Notes: generated by a model not told the origin, from the sequence alone. A stretch of DNA of 64,000 nucleotides from an uncultured bacterium (GCA_963977015.1 CAXBMO010000031.1:11731-75730); one strand, 5' to 3'; positions 1 to 9,687 are shown, counted from the stretch's first letter. Numbers and translations are program-made.

Positions 1-13
1 CGACCTCTTTGAA

Positions 14-910
14 GTGGTCGGCATCGTCGAGCCGGATGAAGCGCGCCGCAACGCCGTCGCCAATCACAAATCCTACCAAGGCTTGAACTGGATGACCGAG
101 GAAGAGCTTCTTGGAGCGGACGGAGTTGCCGCCATCGCCGTCGAAACCGAAGTCGACGAACTCGTCCCGACCGCCCTGCGCTGCATTCGCGTCGGCAAAC
201 ACATCCACCTCGACAAACCCGCCGGCACCACCCTCGCCGACTGTCGCCAGCTTCACGCCGAAGCCGACCAACTCGGACTAACCATTCAAATGGGCTACAT
301 GCTCCGCTACAACCCCGCCTTCCAACTCCTCTTCCAAATGGTCCGCGACGGCTGGCTCGGCCGCATCACCGAGATCACCGCCGCCATGGGCAAAAAGGCC
401 AGCGACAGCCTGCGCAATGAGCTCGCCGCCTACCCCGGTGGCGGCATGTTCGAGCTCGCCTGCCATATTCTTGACGCTGCGGTCTACGTTCTCGGCAAAC
501 CGGAATCCGTCACCCCCTTCCACCTTCGCAGCTATCCCGACAAAGACACGTTTGCCGACAATCAGATGGCGGTTCTCCAATACCCCGGCGCAATCGCCAC
601 GATTCGCTGCAACCACCTCGACCCGTTCGGCTTCCCTCGTCGCCACTTCGAAGTCGTCGGCGAATCCGGTTTCTTCCGCATCAATCCGCTCGAACCACCA
701 AAAATCCAGCTCGCCCTCGACCAACCGCGCGGCGACTTCAAGAAAGGCATCCAAACCGTCGAAGTCCCCCGCGCCACCGGTCGCTACGACGAAGAATTCC
801 GCGACCTCGCCAAAATCATTCGCGGCGAGAAGAAGCTGGCGTGGAACTCCACTCACGACATCGCGGTCCAGGAAACGCTCCTTCGCGCCAGCGGGATGCC
901 GTTGGATTGA
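14..910 (+). CDS. Gfo/Idh/MocA family oxidoreductase (probably 5'-truncated by the window edge)
   Basis: KHIHLDKP and QMGYMLRYNP motifs and GGGMFELACHILD are typical of the family; the N-terminal Rossmann glycine loop is missing. Confidence 0.85.
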   Translation: MVGIVEPDEARRNAVANHKSYQGLNWMTEEELLGADGVAAIAVETEVDELVPTALRCIRVGKHIHLDKPAGTTLADCRQLHAEADQLGLTIQMGYMLRYNPAFQLLFQMVRDGWLGRITEITAAMGKKASDSLRNELAAYPGGGMFELACHILDAAVYVLGKPESVTPFHLRSYPDKDTFADNQMAVLQYPGAIATIRCNHLDPFGFPRRHFEVVGESGFFRINPLEPPKIQLALDQPRGDFKKGIQTVEVPRATGRYDEEFRDLAKIIRGEKKLAWNSTHDIAVQETLLRASGMPLD

Positions 911-916
911 ACCTTC

Positions 917-950
917 TAGTGTGGTGATAGATTTATCTTTCACCACACTA
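917..950. terminator. Palindromic hairpin between convergent genes, possible bidirectional terminator
   Basis: TAGTGTGGTGA (917-927) and TCACCACACTA (940-950) are perfect inverted repeats. Confidence 0.5.
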
Positions 951-1253
951 AGTGTATTTGCGGTAAAGACCGTGGGAAGGGTGCCTACGGTCGTGCCTCA
1001 GAATCAGAAACCGTAGGCGCAATTCACTCTCCTCATAAATGATGTGATAAGGAAACGTCCGTAGCGGCGCTCTTCTCAAATCCTTCCGTCCCTTCACAAA
1101 GTGCGTTCCCTTTGGATTCTTCGTGATTCGTTCAACGGCCTGTTCCACGTCAGCGAAAAAACGGTCGCCAAGATCCTCGCCGCCTTCTTCATCATAGAAG
1201 CGAATAGCGGTTTTGATGTCCCTTTGGAAGAGCCGATGAAATACCGTTTTCAC
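948..1253 (-). CDS. RelE/ParE family toxin
   Basis: 101 aa from a GTG overlapping the antitoxin stop (GTGA); FFADVEQAVERI..NP, LRRAPLRTFPYHIIY and ILRHDRR are ParE-like. Confidence 0.8.
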   Translation of the reverse strand: MKTVFHRLFQRDIKTAIRFYDEEGGEDLGDRFFADVEQAVERITKNPKGTHFVKGRKDLRRAPLRTFPYHIIYEESELRLRFLILRHDRRHPSHGLYRKYT

Positions 1254-1465
1254 TCGCCACGGCGAATTCCTGCTTTCACCTCGTCCCAAGAGAGTTCAAC
1301 ACTGGGATCGACATCCATTTCATTTGATCGTCGCACCGCCTCGGTGATTCCCTCGTCCTCCTCATCCAACACCGCAGGAAGAGATCCAAGAAGACTGGCT
1401 GCCAGCCGGGCTCGTTCTTCCGGTGGCAACTCCAATGCGCTGGCTTCGATTTCATCGGCCGTCAT
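1250..1465 (-). CDS. Putative addiction-module antitoxin
   Basis: 71 aa, acidic; ALELPPEERARLAASLLGSL...LSWDEVK pattern; directly upstream of the ParE-like toxin. Confidence 0.8.
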   Translation of the reverse strand: MTADEIEASALELPPEERARLAASLLGSLPAVLDEEDEGITEAVRRSNEMDVDPSVELSWDEVKAGIRRGE

Positions 1466-1527
1466 CTTGAGAGTCTACGGGAATTCATCAGATTCGCACG
1501 CTCGAATATTGCGCCCATCCTCCCCAC

Positions 1528-1917
1528 TTACCTTCCGTAAACCTCCTTGGGCTTCTTGAACTGAATCCGCTTCATCTCCAGGCTGATCCCGGACGGAAGC
1601 GTGTGAAGCACCACCGTATCCTTGTCGATCACCTCCAGCCGGTTTCGATCCACCAACGGCACCTTCATGATCGGCTCGCTCGACTCCAGAAACTCAATCG
1701 TCAAGGCCTCCTTCTCCAGCGTCCACTTGCCGGAGAAGGTCGTCCTCACATCAAACTTCGGCGTAAAATACGTTCCCGACATCGTCCCATCCTTCCGAAA
1801 CGCATACACGGTTACGGTCTGGTGACTGATCGCGAGCCAGTTCCCGGGCAGACTTTCGAACGCACTCGCCAAGGTTGCCGAAAGGCCAAGGAAGAGGGTG
1901 AGGAGCAGGGTTTTCAT
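1528..1917 (-). CDS. Hypothetical secreted protein
   Basis: Signal peptide MKTLLLTLFLGLSATLASA followed by a beta-rich domain. Confidence 0.6.
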   Translation of the reverse strand: MKTLLLTLFLGLSATLASAFESLPGNWLAISHQTVTVYAFRKDGTMSGTYFTPKFDVRTTFSGKWTLEKEALTIEFLESSEPIMKVPLVDRNRLEVIDKDTVVLHTLPSGISLEMKRIQFKKPKEVYGR

Positions 1918-2077
1918 GGAAGCTGATCGATGAATGTTCAACCTGAGTGCAATCCGGTGAAGGCACTCCCGTCAAGGTGAAAACGGTGCGGATGGCATGA
2001 TCTGGGAGTGCGCTGGCTTCGTCCTTCTCGCATCGTTGCGTCGTCGCGCCGTTGCGTGAATCATTGCCGGGCTCCCA

Positions 2078-4645
2078 CTACTTCTCGCCCCGCAACACGG
2101 CGAGCGGCGGATGATGAGTCACGCCGCGGCTGAGAAGCATGCCGAAGCTGGAACTCAGCAAAGCGGTGGCGGCAATGGCGAGGAACAGCGGCCAGAGATG
2201 CGTGAAGAAGTCGACCTCGAAAACGAAGATGGCGAGCGCCCAGGTGGCGACGAGGGCGAGGATGCCGCCGGTCAACGCGGCGAAAAGGCCGAGAGTGAAG
2301 TATTCGGTGAGGAGAATGGTGCGGATCTGCGCTTTGGAGGCGCCTAACGTGCGCAGCAGAACGCTCTCTTCGATGCGGTCGCGTTTGCCACTGAGGATCG
2401 TTCCCACGAGAATGACGACCCCGGCGCCAACCGTGAAGAGCGACATGAAGCGGATGACGTAACCGATGCGATCGACGATCGATTCGACGGTTTGGAGGAT
2501 GAGGGTCATGTCGAAAACGGTGATATTGGGATACTGGATCGCCATTTCGCGTTGGAGATCGCCGGAGAGCTGCGAAGTCTCGGCGCGGCTCGTGAGGATG
2601 TGAAAGCCGGGAGCGTCGTCGAGCACGCCCATGGGGAAAACGATGAAGAAGTTGAGCCCCATGCGTTCCCAATCGACTTTGCGCAGGTTCGCGACTTTGA
2701 GCTTGAGAGGCAGACCCTGCACGTCCATCTCCAGCTCGTCGCCAATGCCGACCTTGAGGTCTTTGGCCATGCCTTCGTCGAGGGAGATCGGCGCGGCGGA
2801 ATCGAAATCAAAGTCGTCCACGCGGGCAACCCAATCCCCTTCGATCATCGTTTCCGATTCGGCGATCTCAGGACGGAACGTCGAGCGAAAGTCGCGTCGC
2901 ACGATCCACCCCGGCACCATGGTGTCCTCGTCTTTCTGGATCTCGGAGATGGACTTGCCTTTGATATGGGTGAGCCGCATCGGGATCATCGGCGCGGTTT
3001 CCACGACCTTCATGTCCAGCGATTTCAGGATGCCTTCCACCCCGGCACGTTGATCGGGCTGAACGTCGATGAGGAAGAGGTTGGACTCGTCTTCGGCGCC
3101 ATTCGTCTCGAACTGGGAGGAGAGCATCTGCTCCGTCGAGATCATCGTCACAATGAGGAAGACGCCCAGACCAATCGAGATCAGAAACGGCAGGGTTTGG
3201 TTGCGCGGGCGATGGAGGTTGGCGATGCCCTGCCGCAAAGTGTAGCGCAACCGGCCGCGCAGGCGATGCGCCGCCCGGCTGATCCCTTTGGCGATGAGAG
3301 CGAGGATGCCGAGCACCAAGCAGAGGCCGACGACGAAGGCGGCGCCAAGCCAGGGGCGCTCCTGTGGGCTGAGCGACCAACCGGCGAGCAGGAGCGCGGC
3401 GAGGAGGATTCCAAACACGCCCCAGAAGAGAGGATCGCGAAACGTCGGTGAGCTGGTTTGGACACCGGCTCGCAAGGCAGCGAGGGGCGAAACCCGACGA
3501 ACCCGAATGAGGGGAAGCAGGGCAAAACTGACGCAGAGAAGTAAGCCAATCGAGACACTCATGAGGATGGCGCGCCCGGAGGTCGGCGTGTCGAACTCGA
3601 AGGGCAACATGCCGGAGAGGAGATTGGGAATAAGCTGCTGAACGGCGACACCAAGACCGGTCCCCACGAGGCTGCCAAAGATTCCCAGGAGGATTCCCTG
3701 GATGAGAAAGATCGCGAAGGCCTGATCCGTGGTGCAGCCGATGCAGCGGAGCGTGGCAACCGTGGCGACACGACCCTGCACGTGAACGTGGATCGCGCTG
3801 GCGACGCCGATGCCGCCGAGCATGAGCGCCATGAACCCAATCAAGCTGAGAAAGCTGTAAAGATTGTCGAGCGCCCGGCCGAGGTTCTTCTTCCGCTTTG
3901 CGACCGATTCGTACTGCATCCCGGCTTCGGCGAAAAACTCCTTCCGCTCCTTGGTGAGGATCTCCTCGTCGACATCCACATCCGCATCCATTTGAAAGTA
4001 GGTGCGGTAACGCGCCATGCTGCGACTCCCGAGCAATTGGGTCGCAGCAAGCTGGGAAGGCGCGAGATAGACCTGGGGCGCGAAGGCGGAAAACGCACTG
4101 GGACGTGGCGGCGACTTGACGAGGTATCCGAGGATCGTGGTTTCCAGATCGCCAATCGCGACGGCGTCGCCGACCTTCGCGCCAAACTGGTCCATCAGGC
4201 TTTGCTCGAGAACGACGCCTTCGCCATCGATGGATCCCTGCCAGGCGGAGGCGGGCTCGGTGATGACCCTGCCGTAAAACGGGAACCCTTCGTCGATCGA
4301 ACGGATCTGAACGAGACGAACTCCGTCGTTGGCATCGACAAAACGCAGCATCGTCATGAAACTGGTTTCGTCGATGCGTTGACCCGGGATCTGGTCGAGA
4401 TGGGCGATGACTTCCTCCGAATAGACGCGCCGCGAGGAGAGCATCAAATCCGCGCCGAGGAGTTCCTTGGCCTGGACATCGATCGCAGCTTGCAGGTTGT
4501 CGCGCAGGGAACCGATCGAAACGAGCGCGGCGATGCCGAAGACGATCGAGAGCGAAAAGAGGAAGAGACGTTTGCGGTCGCGGCGACTATCGCGCCACGC
4601 CATTTTCCACGTCCAACCGGAGATGAGTTCGCGAAGCAGCTTCAT
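2078..4645 (-). CDS. ybbP: ABC transporter permease, YbbP/FtsX-like
   Basis: 855 aa; two FtsX-type halves (VATLRCIG, VLLRTLGAS); LLGADL and GFPFYG motifs; overlaps the ATPase gene. Confidence 0.85.
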   Translation of the reverse strand: MKLLRELISGWTWKMAWRDSRRDRKRLFLFSLSIVFGIAALVSIGSLRDNLQAAIDVQAKELLGADLMLSSRRVYSEEVIAHLDQIPGQRIDETSFMTMLRFVDANDGVRLVQIRSIDEGFPFYGRVITEPASAWQGSIDGEGVVLEQSLMDQFGAKVGDAVAIGDLETTILGYLVKSPPRPSAFSAFAPQVYLAPSQLAATQLLGSRSMARYRTYFQMDADVDVDEEILTKERKEFFAEAGMQYESVAKRKKNLGRALDNLYSFLSLIGFMALMLGGIGVASAIHVHVQGRVATVATLRCIGCTTDQAFAIFLIQGILLGIFGSLVGTGLGVAVQQLIPNLLSGMLPFEFDTPTSGRAILMSVSIGLLLCVSFALLPLIRVRRVSPLAALRAGVQTSSPTFRDPLFWGVFGILLAALLLAGWSLSPQERPWLGAAFVVGLCLVLGILALIAKGISRAAHRLRGRLRYTLRQGIANLHRPRNQTLPFLISIGLGVFLIVTMISTEQMLSSQFETNGAEDESNLFLIDVQPDQRAGVEGILKSLDMKVVETAPMIPMRLTHIKGKSISEIQKDEDTMVPGWIVRRDFRSTFRPEIAESETMIEGDWVARVDDFDFDSAAPISLDEGMAKDLKVGIGDELEMDVQGLPLKLKVANLRKVDWERMGLNFFIVFPMGVLDDAPGFHILTSRAETSQLSGDLQREMAIQYPNITVFDMTLILQTVESIVDRIGYVIRFMSLFTVGAGVVILVGTILSGKRDRIEESVLLRTLGASKAQIRTILLTEYFTLGLFAALTGGILALVATWALAIFVFEVDFFTHLWPLFLAIAATALLSSSFGMLLSRGVTHHPPLAVLRGEK

Positions 4646-5352
4646 GCGGATTTGGCCGCGTATTCCCGGCGTTCCGCGATTTTTCCACCGCGCATCCGAA
4701 TGACCTGCTCGGCCTTCTCGGCAAGAACGGCGTCGTGGGTCACAATGACGAGCGCGGTGCCGGCTTCCTCATTGAGTTGGAAGAGCATCTCGACGATGTG
4801 CTCGCTGGTTTCGTCATCGAGGTTTCCGGTCGGCTCGTCGGCGAAGAGAATGCGGGGGCGATTGACGAAGGCGCGGGCAAGGGCGACGCGCTGCTGTTCG
4901 CCGCCGGAGAGTTGAACGGGATAATGCGAGAGCCGCTCGCCAAGACCGACGCGTTCGAGAAGTTGGCGGGCCTGATCCTCATTCGCGCCCTGGCCCGTGA
5001 GTTCGAGAGGGACGAGAACGTTTTCGAGGGAGGTGAGGGTCGGGATGAGCTGAAAATTCTGGAAGACGAAGCCGACCTCCTCGTTTCGCAACGCCGCGCG
5101 CTGATCTTCGTTGAGCGTTGCGAGACTTTTCCCATCGAGGAGGACGTCGCCGGAGGTCGGTTCGTCCAACCCGGCACAAAGGCCGAGCAACGTCGTTTTG
5201 CCGCTCCCCGAAGGACCGACGATGGCGCAGGTGGAGTTTTTCGGGACCGCAAAGTCGATTCCCTCGAGGACGGTGAGGTCGAAGGAATCCGGCTTTTTGA
5301 AAGTCTTCGTCAGACCGTTCGTCTCAAGGATGTTGCCAAGTTCGGCGTTCAT
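4642..5352 (-). CDS. ybbA: ABC transporter ATP-binding protein, YbbA/LolD-like
   Basis: Walker A GPSGSGKT, signature LSGGEQQR, Walker B LFADEPTGNLD; divergent from tesA as in E. coli. Confidence 0.88.
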   Translation of the reverse strand: MNAELGNILETNGLTKTFKKPDSFDLTVLEGIDFAVPKNSTCAIVGPSGSGKTTLLGLCAGLDEPTSGDVLLDGKSLATLNEDQRAALRNEEVGFVFQNFQLIPTLTSLENVLVPLELTGQGANEDQARQLLERVGLGERLSHYPVQLSGGEQQRVALARAFVNRPRILFADEPTGNLDDETSEHIVEMLFQLNEEAGTALVIVTHDAVLAEKAEQVIRMRGGKIAERREYAAKSA

Positions 5353-5398
5353 GGTTGTTTTGATACGAATCTGACCCCGATCTGCCTCATTTCGTTAC

Positions 5399-6037
5399 AT
5401 GAATTGCCGAAAAACCACGATTCTTCTCCTGCTTCTCAGTCTTTTGCCGCTCGCTGCCTCGGCGGAAGAGAAGCGAATGCTGATTTTGGGTGACAGTCTC
5501 ACGAAAGGTTACGGCCTCGATCCCGGGGCGGCGTATCCCGCGTTGATTCAGGAGAAGCTGGACGCGGGCGGCCTCGAGAAATGGCGGGTCTTGAACGCGG
5601 GCGTGAGCGGCGACACCACGGCGGGCGGACTGCGGCGCGCCCCGTGGCTGCTGAAGAAACCGGTCGATCTGCTGATCATCGCGCTGGGCGGAAATGACGG
5701 TTTGCGAGGCATTGATCCCGCGGAATCGGAGAAAAACCTCCAGGCGATCATCGATGCGGCGAGGGCGGCAAATCCCGAAACGGAAATCGTGATTGCCGGG
5801 ATGCAGATGCCCGACAATATGGGCAAGGACTACGTTTCGCGCTTCAAGACGGTGTTTCCGGCGATCGCGGAGAAAAACGAGCTTCCGCTGATCCCGTTTT
5901 TGCTCGAAGGCGTCGCCGGCGATCCAAATCTGAATCAACCCGACTACATTCATCCCAATGAGGCTGGGCAGAAAATCATCGCGGAAACGGTTTGGGAGGC
6001 GATTGAGCCGTTGATTGTGCGGAGTAATCGGACATAA
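5399..6037 (+). CDS. tesA: Arylesterase / acyl-CoA thioesterase I (SGNH/GDSL)
   Basis: Signal peptide; GDSL, NAGVSGDTT, LGGNDGLRG and DYIHPN catalytic blocks. Confidence 0.88.
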   Translation: MNCRKTTILLLLLSLLPLAASAEEKRMLILGDSLTKGYGLDPGAAYPALIQEKLDAGGLEKWRVLNAGVSGDTTAGGLRRAPWLLKKPVDLLIIALGGNDGLRGIDPAESEKNLQAIIDAARAANPETEIVIAGMQMPDNMGKDYVSRFKTVFPAIAEKNELPLIPFLLEGVAGDPNLNQPDYIHPNEAGQKIIAETVWEAIEPLIVRSNRT

Positions 6038-6191
6038 CGTTTACGTCCGCGTTGAATCGTGAAGGAATTGATAAGGATTTCATTCGAGGGGAGTGGACGA
6101 GTACCGTGAGCCAACCTTGTTTTGTCAGGCAATCGGGTGCCTCTCCGATCTTCGGAGCGGACTTACCAAAATTCCGATCGATCGATGCACG

Positions 6192-6248
6192 CACGGACTA
6201 ACCGCCCGAAGATTTAGCATCTTCCGCGGCGCGGCACCTCAATACCCG
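6192..6248 (+). repeat. Imperfect direct repeat, copy A (downstream flank of ptuAB)
   Basis: CACGGACTAACCGCCCGAAGATTTAGCATCTTCCGCGGCGCGGCACCTC aligns with 8371-8420; core GAAGAT-N5-ATCTTC. Confidence 0.65.
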
Positions 6249-6263
6249 TCGTAGAAACAGAAA

Positions 6264-7046
6264 CTACCCATCAAATCCGCAATCCTCCAGGTGCCTCTCA
6301 GCCTGTGCTCCCAGACTCCAACGGGCGACGGTAAAAAATTTTGGCCAGAGCCCCGCTTCGCTCTTGGTCAAGAACCGTTTCGTCAGATACTGATAAGTTT
6401 GGGCTCGTATGTCACCAGAGTTTCTATGGGTCCGCGCCGTTTTTTTTACCTTGTCAATCGCGCGAATCACTACAGCTCGAGCGTCCTTCAACCTGGCACA
6501 ATTTAGCCCCAACAAGTCAATGGTTGCCTGAGCTCTGCACGAATCAATTTCAGCCGCCTCACAGGCATCTTTATCGACCTGCATCTCACCGTCGTTGATT
6601 CGGTATTTAAAAATTCGCGGAAACGCGGGAATTTCGCTGGGATTCAAGATGCGTTCGTCCAGGACCTCGCCTCCTTTCTCCGCGTCACAGCTGTAATTCT
6701 CAGTAAACGGTTCTCTGACACGGCCTTGGGCAATAGCTTGCGGGCTGGGATATGCCCTACCTCCGCGGCAACAAAGCCAGAGGTTATCCCAATCCAAATG
6801 CCAGTTGGATACAGAGGAGGAATCCGCCTTGGGATGAAAATGCTCAACGCATTGGTCTCCTGGCTTTTTGACGTTGATTTCGCAATAGGCGCAGAGTCCG
6901 CCTTGATCGACGTTTAAAATAGCAACAACTTCGTCATAGGCGGATTGGGCCTCGTCCTGAAACTGCTTCCACGTCCCTTCGGGGTTGGCGGATCGAAAAT
7001 CAGCCAGTCCTGACGGCTCTTCGGCGGACTTGGGAACGCGCTTCAT
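6264..7046 (-). CDS. ptuB: HNH endonuclease, PtuB / TIGR02646-like
   Basis: QGGLCAYCE, VEHFHPK, WDNLWLCC, CD..K and ATIDLLGLN motifs; ATGA overlap with the ATPase stop. Confidence 0.8.
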   Translation of the reverse strand: MKRVPKSAEEPSGLADFRSANPEGTWKQFQDEAQSAYDEVVAILNVDQGGLCAYCEINVKKPGDQCVEHFHPKADSSSVSNWHLDWDNLWLCCRGGRAYPSPQAIAQGRVREPFTENYSCDAEKGGEVLDERILNPSEIPAFPRIFKYRINDGEMQVDKDACEAAEIDSCRAQATIDLLGLNCARLKDARAVVIRAIDKVKKTARTHRNSGDIRAQTYQYLTKRFLTKSEAGLWPKFFTVARWSLGAQAERHLEDCGFDG

Positions 7047-8332
7047 TCTTTGGGCAACGCCTCTTCCCAACGGCGATTCTCGATCGCCATTTCCGCATCA
7101 TCCAAGGCGGGTTCCTCGCCTTGACTCCACTCCTGCAACATTGCCAAGAGCTTTTGAGCTTCGTCCAACTGGTTATCTGAAATGAGCTGCATCAGTTCCG
7201 TGATTTGCTCGGTTTTTCCGATACCTGGCGGTCTGCTATCTACCTTCATGATTCGCTCCAACATGCGAACACTCTCCGCGCCCTGACTGGCCGGAGGAGC
7301 ATGGCGCACTTTCCCATCTTCCAGGATGCGAATACAACGACTCTCCACAGTGGTTAGCACTTGAGGGCTGTGCGTGGTCACAATGAACTGAGTATTTGGA
7401 AAGGTGCGCTGGAGATCGGCAATTATGGTCTGTTGCCACTTTGGGTGGAGATGCAGATCGACCTCATCCACCAGCATGATTGCCTCAGACTCCAAGGGAT
7501 TGGGAAGCTGTGGATTCGCCTGGGCAAGGCGACGCGCAAAGTCCATAACGAGGGCAAGAATATTTCGATAGCCATCACTGAGCTGGCTAACCAACCGCTC
7601 ATTGGGAGGCCCTCCATTGTCTAACCACTGGAGGGCAGGAACTGATGGCGTAGTTGCTGTAAAATAGAACGACTGTGCTGGCTCCAAAATGGAAGTGACA
7701 GCTTGGCGAACACACTCCAAGGCAACCGAGGGCGCAATTTTTCTTTCAACCTTGAATTTTCGGAGTTCTTCGATCTCCTTTGCGTTACACCAGTCTATAA
7801 CATCTTGATAATTTGCTGCGGCGTCGAGTGCGGTATTCCAAACATCTAATCTCAGAAATTCCTGATTCTTATCTGTAGCTTGAGGATCCTTGGTGAAGTT
7901 TCTCGACGATCGGTAGTAAGCCAGCACTGGAATAACCTCTTTGGAATCTGGGTTCTCGTACAATCGACTCCTCATGTCGAACATTTGATAGTCGATTTCC
8001 ATTTCTAAGCGGATTGGTAGATCGTCACTTTCTCGTTCTTTGATGAGTTGGTAAGGTAACACCCAATTCATCCCGCCGACCATTTCCAATGCCAAATTCA
8101 GTTTCTCTTTCTCTTCAGGAAATCGTATATCCTTTGTAAGGGAAATAACTCCTCGCTGAGTGTCATTTCCCAAATTGTCGGAGACCGGTAAAAACGCAGC
8201 AGCAATCGCATCCAACAACGCGGTTTTCCCTCCCCCGTTTACTGCCACGACCACCGACAAGTCTTTTTCGAACTCAACAGTTAGATCGTCGAAACAACGA
8301 AAATTTTGAATTTGGATGGACTTGAGGCGCAT
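7043..8332 (-). CDS. ptuA: AAA/ABC-type ATPase, PtuA-like
   Basis: IQNFRCF, Walker A NGGGKT, QLSDG, Walker B LVDEVDLHLHPKWQ, QFIVTTHSPQV. Confidence 0.82.
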   Translation of the reverse strand: MRLKSIQIQNFRCFDDLTVEFEKDLSVVVAVNGGGKTALLDAIAAAFLPVSDNLGNDTQRGVISLTKDIRFPEEKEKLNLALEMVGGMNWVLPYQLIKERESDDLPIRLEMEIDYQMFDMRSRLYENPDSKEVIPVLAYYRSSRNFTKDPQATDKNQEFLRLDVWNTALDAAANYQDVIDWCNAKEIEELRKFKVERKIAPSVALECVRQAVTSILEPAQSFYFTATTPSVPALQWLDNGGPPNERLVSQLSDGYRNILALVMDFARRLAQANPQLPNPLESEAIMLVDEVDLHLHPKWQQTIIADLQRTFPNTQFIVTTHSPQVLTTVESRCIRILEDGKVRHAPPASQGAESVRMLERIMKVDSRPPGIGKTEQITELMQLISDNQLDEAQKLLAMLQEWSQGEEPALDDAEMAIENRRWEEALPKE

Positions 8333-8370
8333 TCTAGATTGTCGATAATCTAAAAGCTTTCCCGGCGGTT

Positions 8371-8431
8371 CACAAGCTAACCGGTCAGAAGATTTGACAT
8401 CTTCTGCTACTTTGCTCCTCCAAAAACCCCG
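8371..8431 (+). repeat. Imperfect direct repeat, copy B (upstream flank of ptuAB)
   Basis: CACAAGCTAACCGGTCAGAAGATTTGACATCTTCTGCTACTTTGCTCCTC; core AGAAGAT-N5-ATCTTCT. Confidence 0.65.
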
Positions 8432-8664
8432 ATTTCAAGATGTTAGGGTGGGCTTTATTTCTCATTCAGAAAGCCCGAATCGCGGTTTGAAGGTTGAAAA
8501 TGGCGTTCCGCAGGTTTCAAGAGGCGTCTCGGTGATTTCAATTCTCAGGTGCGAGTGTCCGAATTTGGCGACAGCTTGTTGAGGGACAGGATTGCATCCA
8601 TTGGTTGCGCAAGGTGAATTTCGTGTTCGACAATGCCCGCTTCCATCGTGAAACATGAGTTGCG

Positions 8665-9687
8665 ATGGAAGAACCGAACCTGACCCGCGAACATGATCCC
8701 GCTTACGAGGCGGAGAAGGAAACCGTGAAACGCCTGCATCAGGCGCGAGGGCAGATTGAGGCGGAGCTGGCCAAGGTGATCGTGGGCCAGAAAAAGGTGA
8801 TCGATGAATTGCTGATTTCGCTGCTGGCGGGTGGGCACTGTCTCATCACCGGCGCGCCGGGGCTGGCGAAGACGCTGCTGGTGAAGACGCTGGCGGACGT
8901 GTTCGATCTCTCGTTTCAGCGGATCCAGTTTACGCCGGATTTGATGCCGGCGGACATTACCGGCACGGAGATCATCGAGGAAACCGCCGCGGGTCATCGC
9001 GAGATGATCTTTCAGCGCGGACCGATTTTTGCGAACATGATTCTGGCGGATGAGATCAACCGGACGCCACCCAAAACGCAGGCCGCCTTGCTCGAAGCAA
9101 TGCAGGAGCACCAGGTGACGATCGCGGGCGAAAGCATGAAGCTGGAGGAGCCGTTTTTCGTGCTGGCGACCCAAAACCCGATCGAGATGGAGGGAACCTA
9201 CCCGCTTCCCGAGGCGCAGTTGGACCGGTTCATGTTCAACGTGGTGATTGATTATTTGAGCGAAGACGAGGAGGTCGCCGTGGTGACGCAGACGACGGGA
9301 ATCGCCAAGGAAGGGCCGAAGCAGCTCTTTACCGGCGCGGACGTAATCGCGTTTCACGATGTGGTTAGGCGCGTGCCCATTTCCGAGGATGTTGCCAGGG
9401 CCGCTGTCCGGCTCGCCGCAGCTTCACGTCCGCATCAGGAGAACACGAGCGATTTCGTGAACGATTGGGTGGAGTGGGGCGCCGGAACCCGTGCGGCTCA
9501 GTTCCTCGTGCTCGGCGGAAAGACCCGCGCCCTGTTGGAGGGACGGGCTCACGTCACCGTGGAGGACATTCGCGCGCTGGCCAAGCCGGTCCTGCGGCAT
9601 CGCATTTTGGTCAACTATCGCGCCGAGGCGGAAGGGATGAGCGTCGACAAAGTAATCGATCGATTGATCGAGTCGGCTTTCTCGTGA
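8665..9687 (+). CDS. moxR: MoxR family AAA+ ATPase
   Basis: GAPGLAKT, RIQFTPDLMPADITG, LADEINRTPPKTQAALLEAMQE, EGTYPLPEAQLDRF. Confidence 0.92.
   Translation: MEEPNLTREHDPAYEAEKETVKRLHQARGQIEAELAKVIVGQKKVIDELLISLLAGGHCLITGAPGLAKTLLVKTLADVFDLSFQRIQFTPDLMPADITGTEIIEETAAGHREMIFQRGPIFANMILADEINRTPPKTQAALLEAMQEHQVTIAGESMKLEEPFFVLATQNPIEMEGTYPLPEAQLDRFMFNVVIDYLSEDEEVAVVTQTTGIAKEGPKQLFTGADVIAFHDVVRRVPISEDVARAAVRLAAASRPHQENTSDFVNDWVEWGAGTRAAQFLVLGGKTRALLEGRAHVTVEDIRALAKPVLRHRILVNYRAEAEGMSVDKVIDRLIESAFS

Noticed and set aside
948-1465. Toxin-antitoxin pair as an integron cassette
   Set aside because: No attC-like R and L boxes flank it; treated as an ordinary chromosomal type II TA module.
8374-8448. 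attC site upstream of ptuA (CCCTAAC...GTTAGCT on the minus strand)
   Set aside because: R-like boxes are present but the L boxes do not pair convincingly; reported as a direct-repeat site instead.
8333-8660. Retron msr-msd and RT upstream of ptuA
   Set aside because: No reverse transcriptase ORF nearby and no convincing a1/a2 inverted repeats seen.
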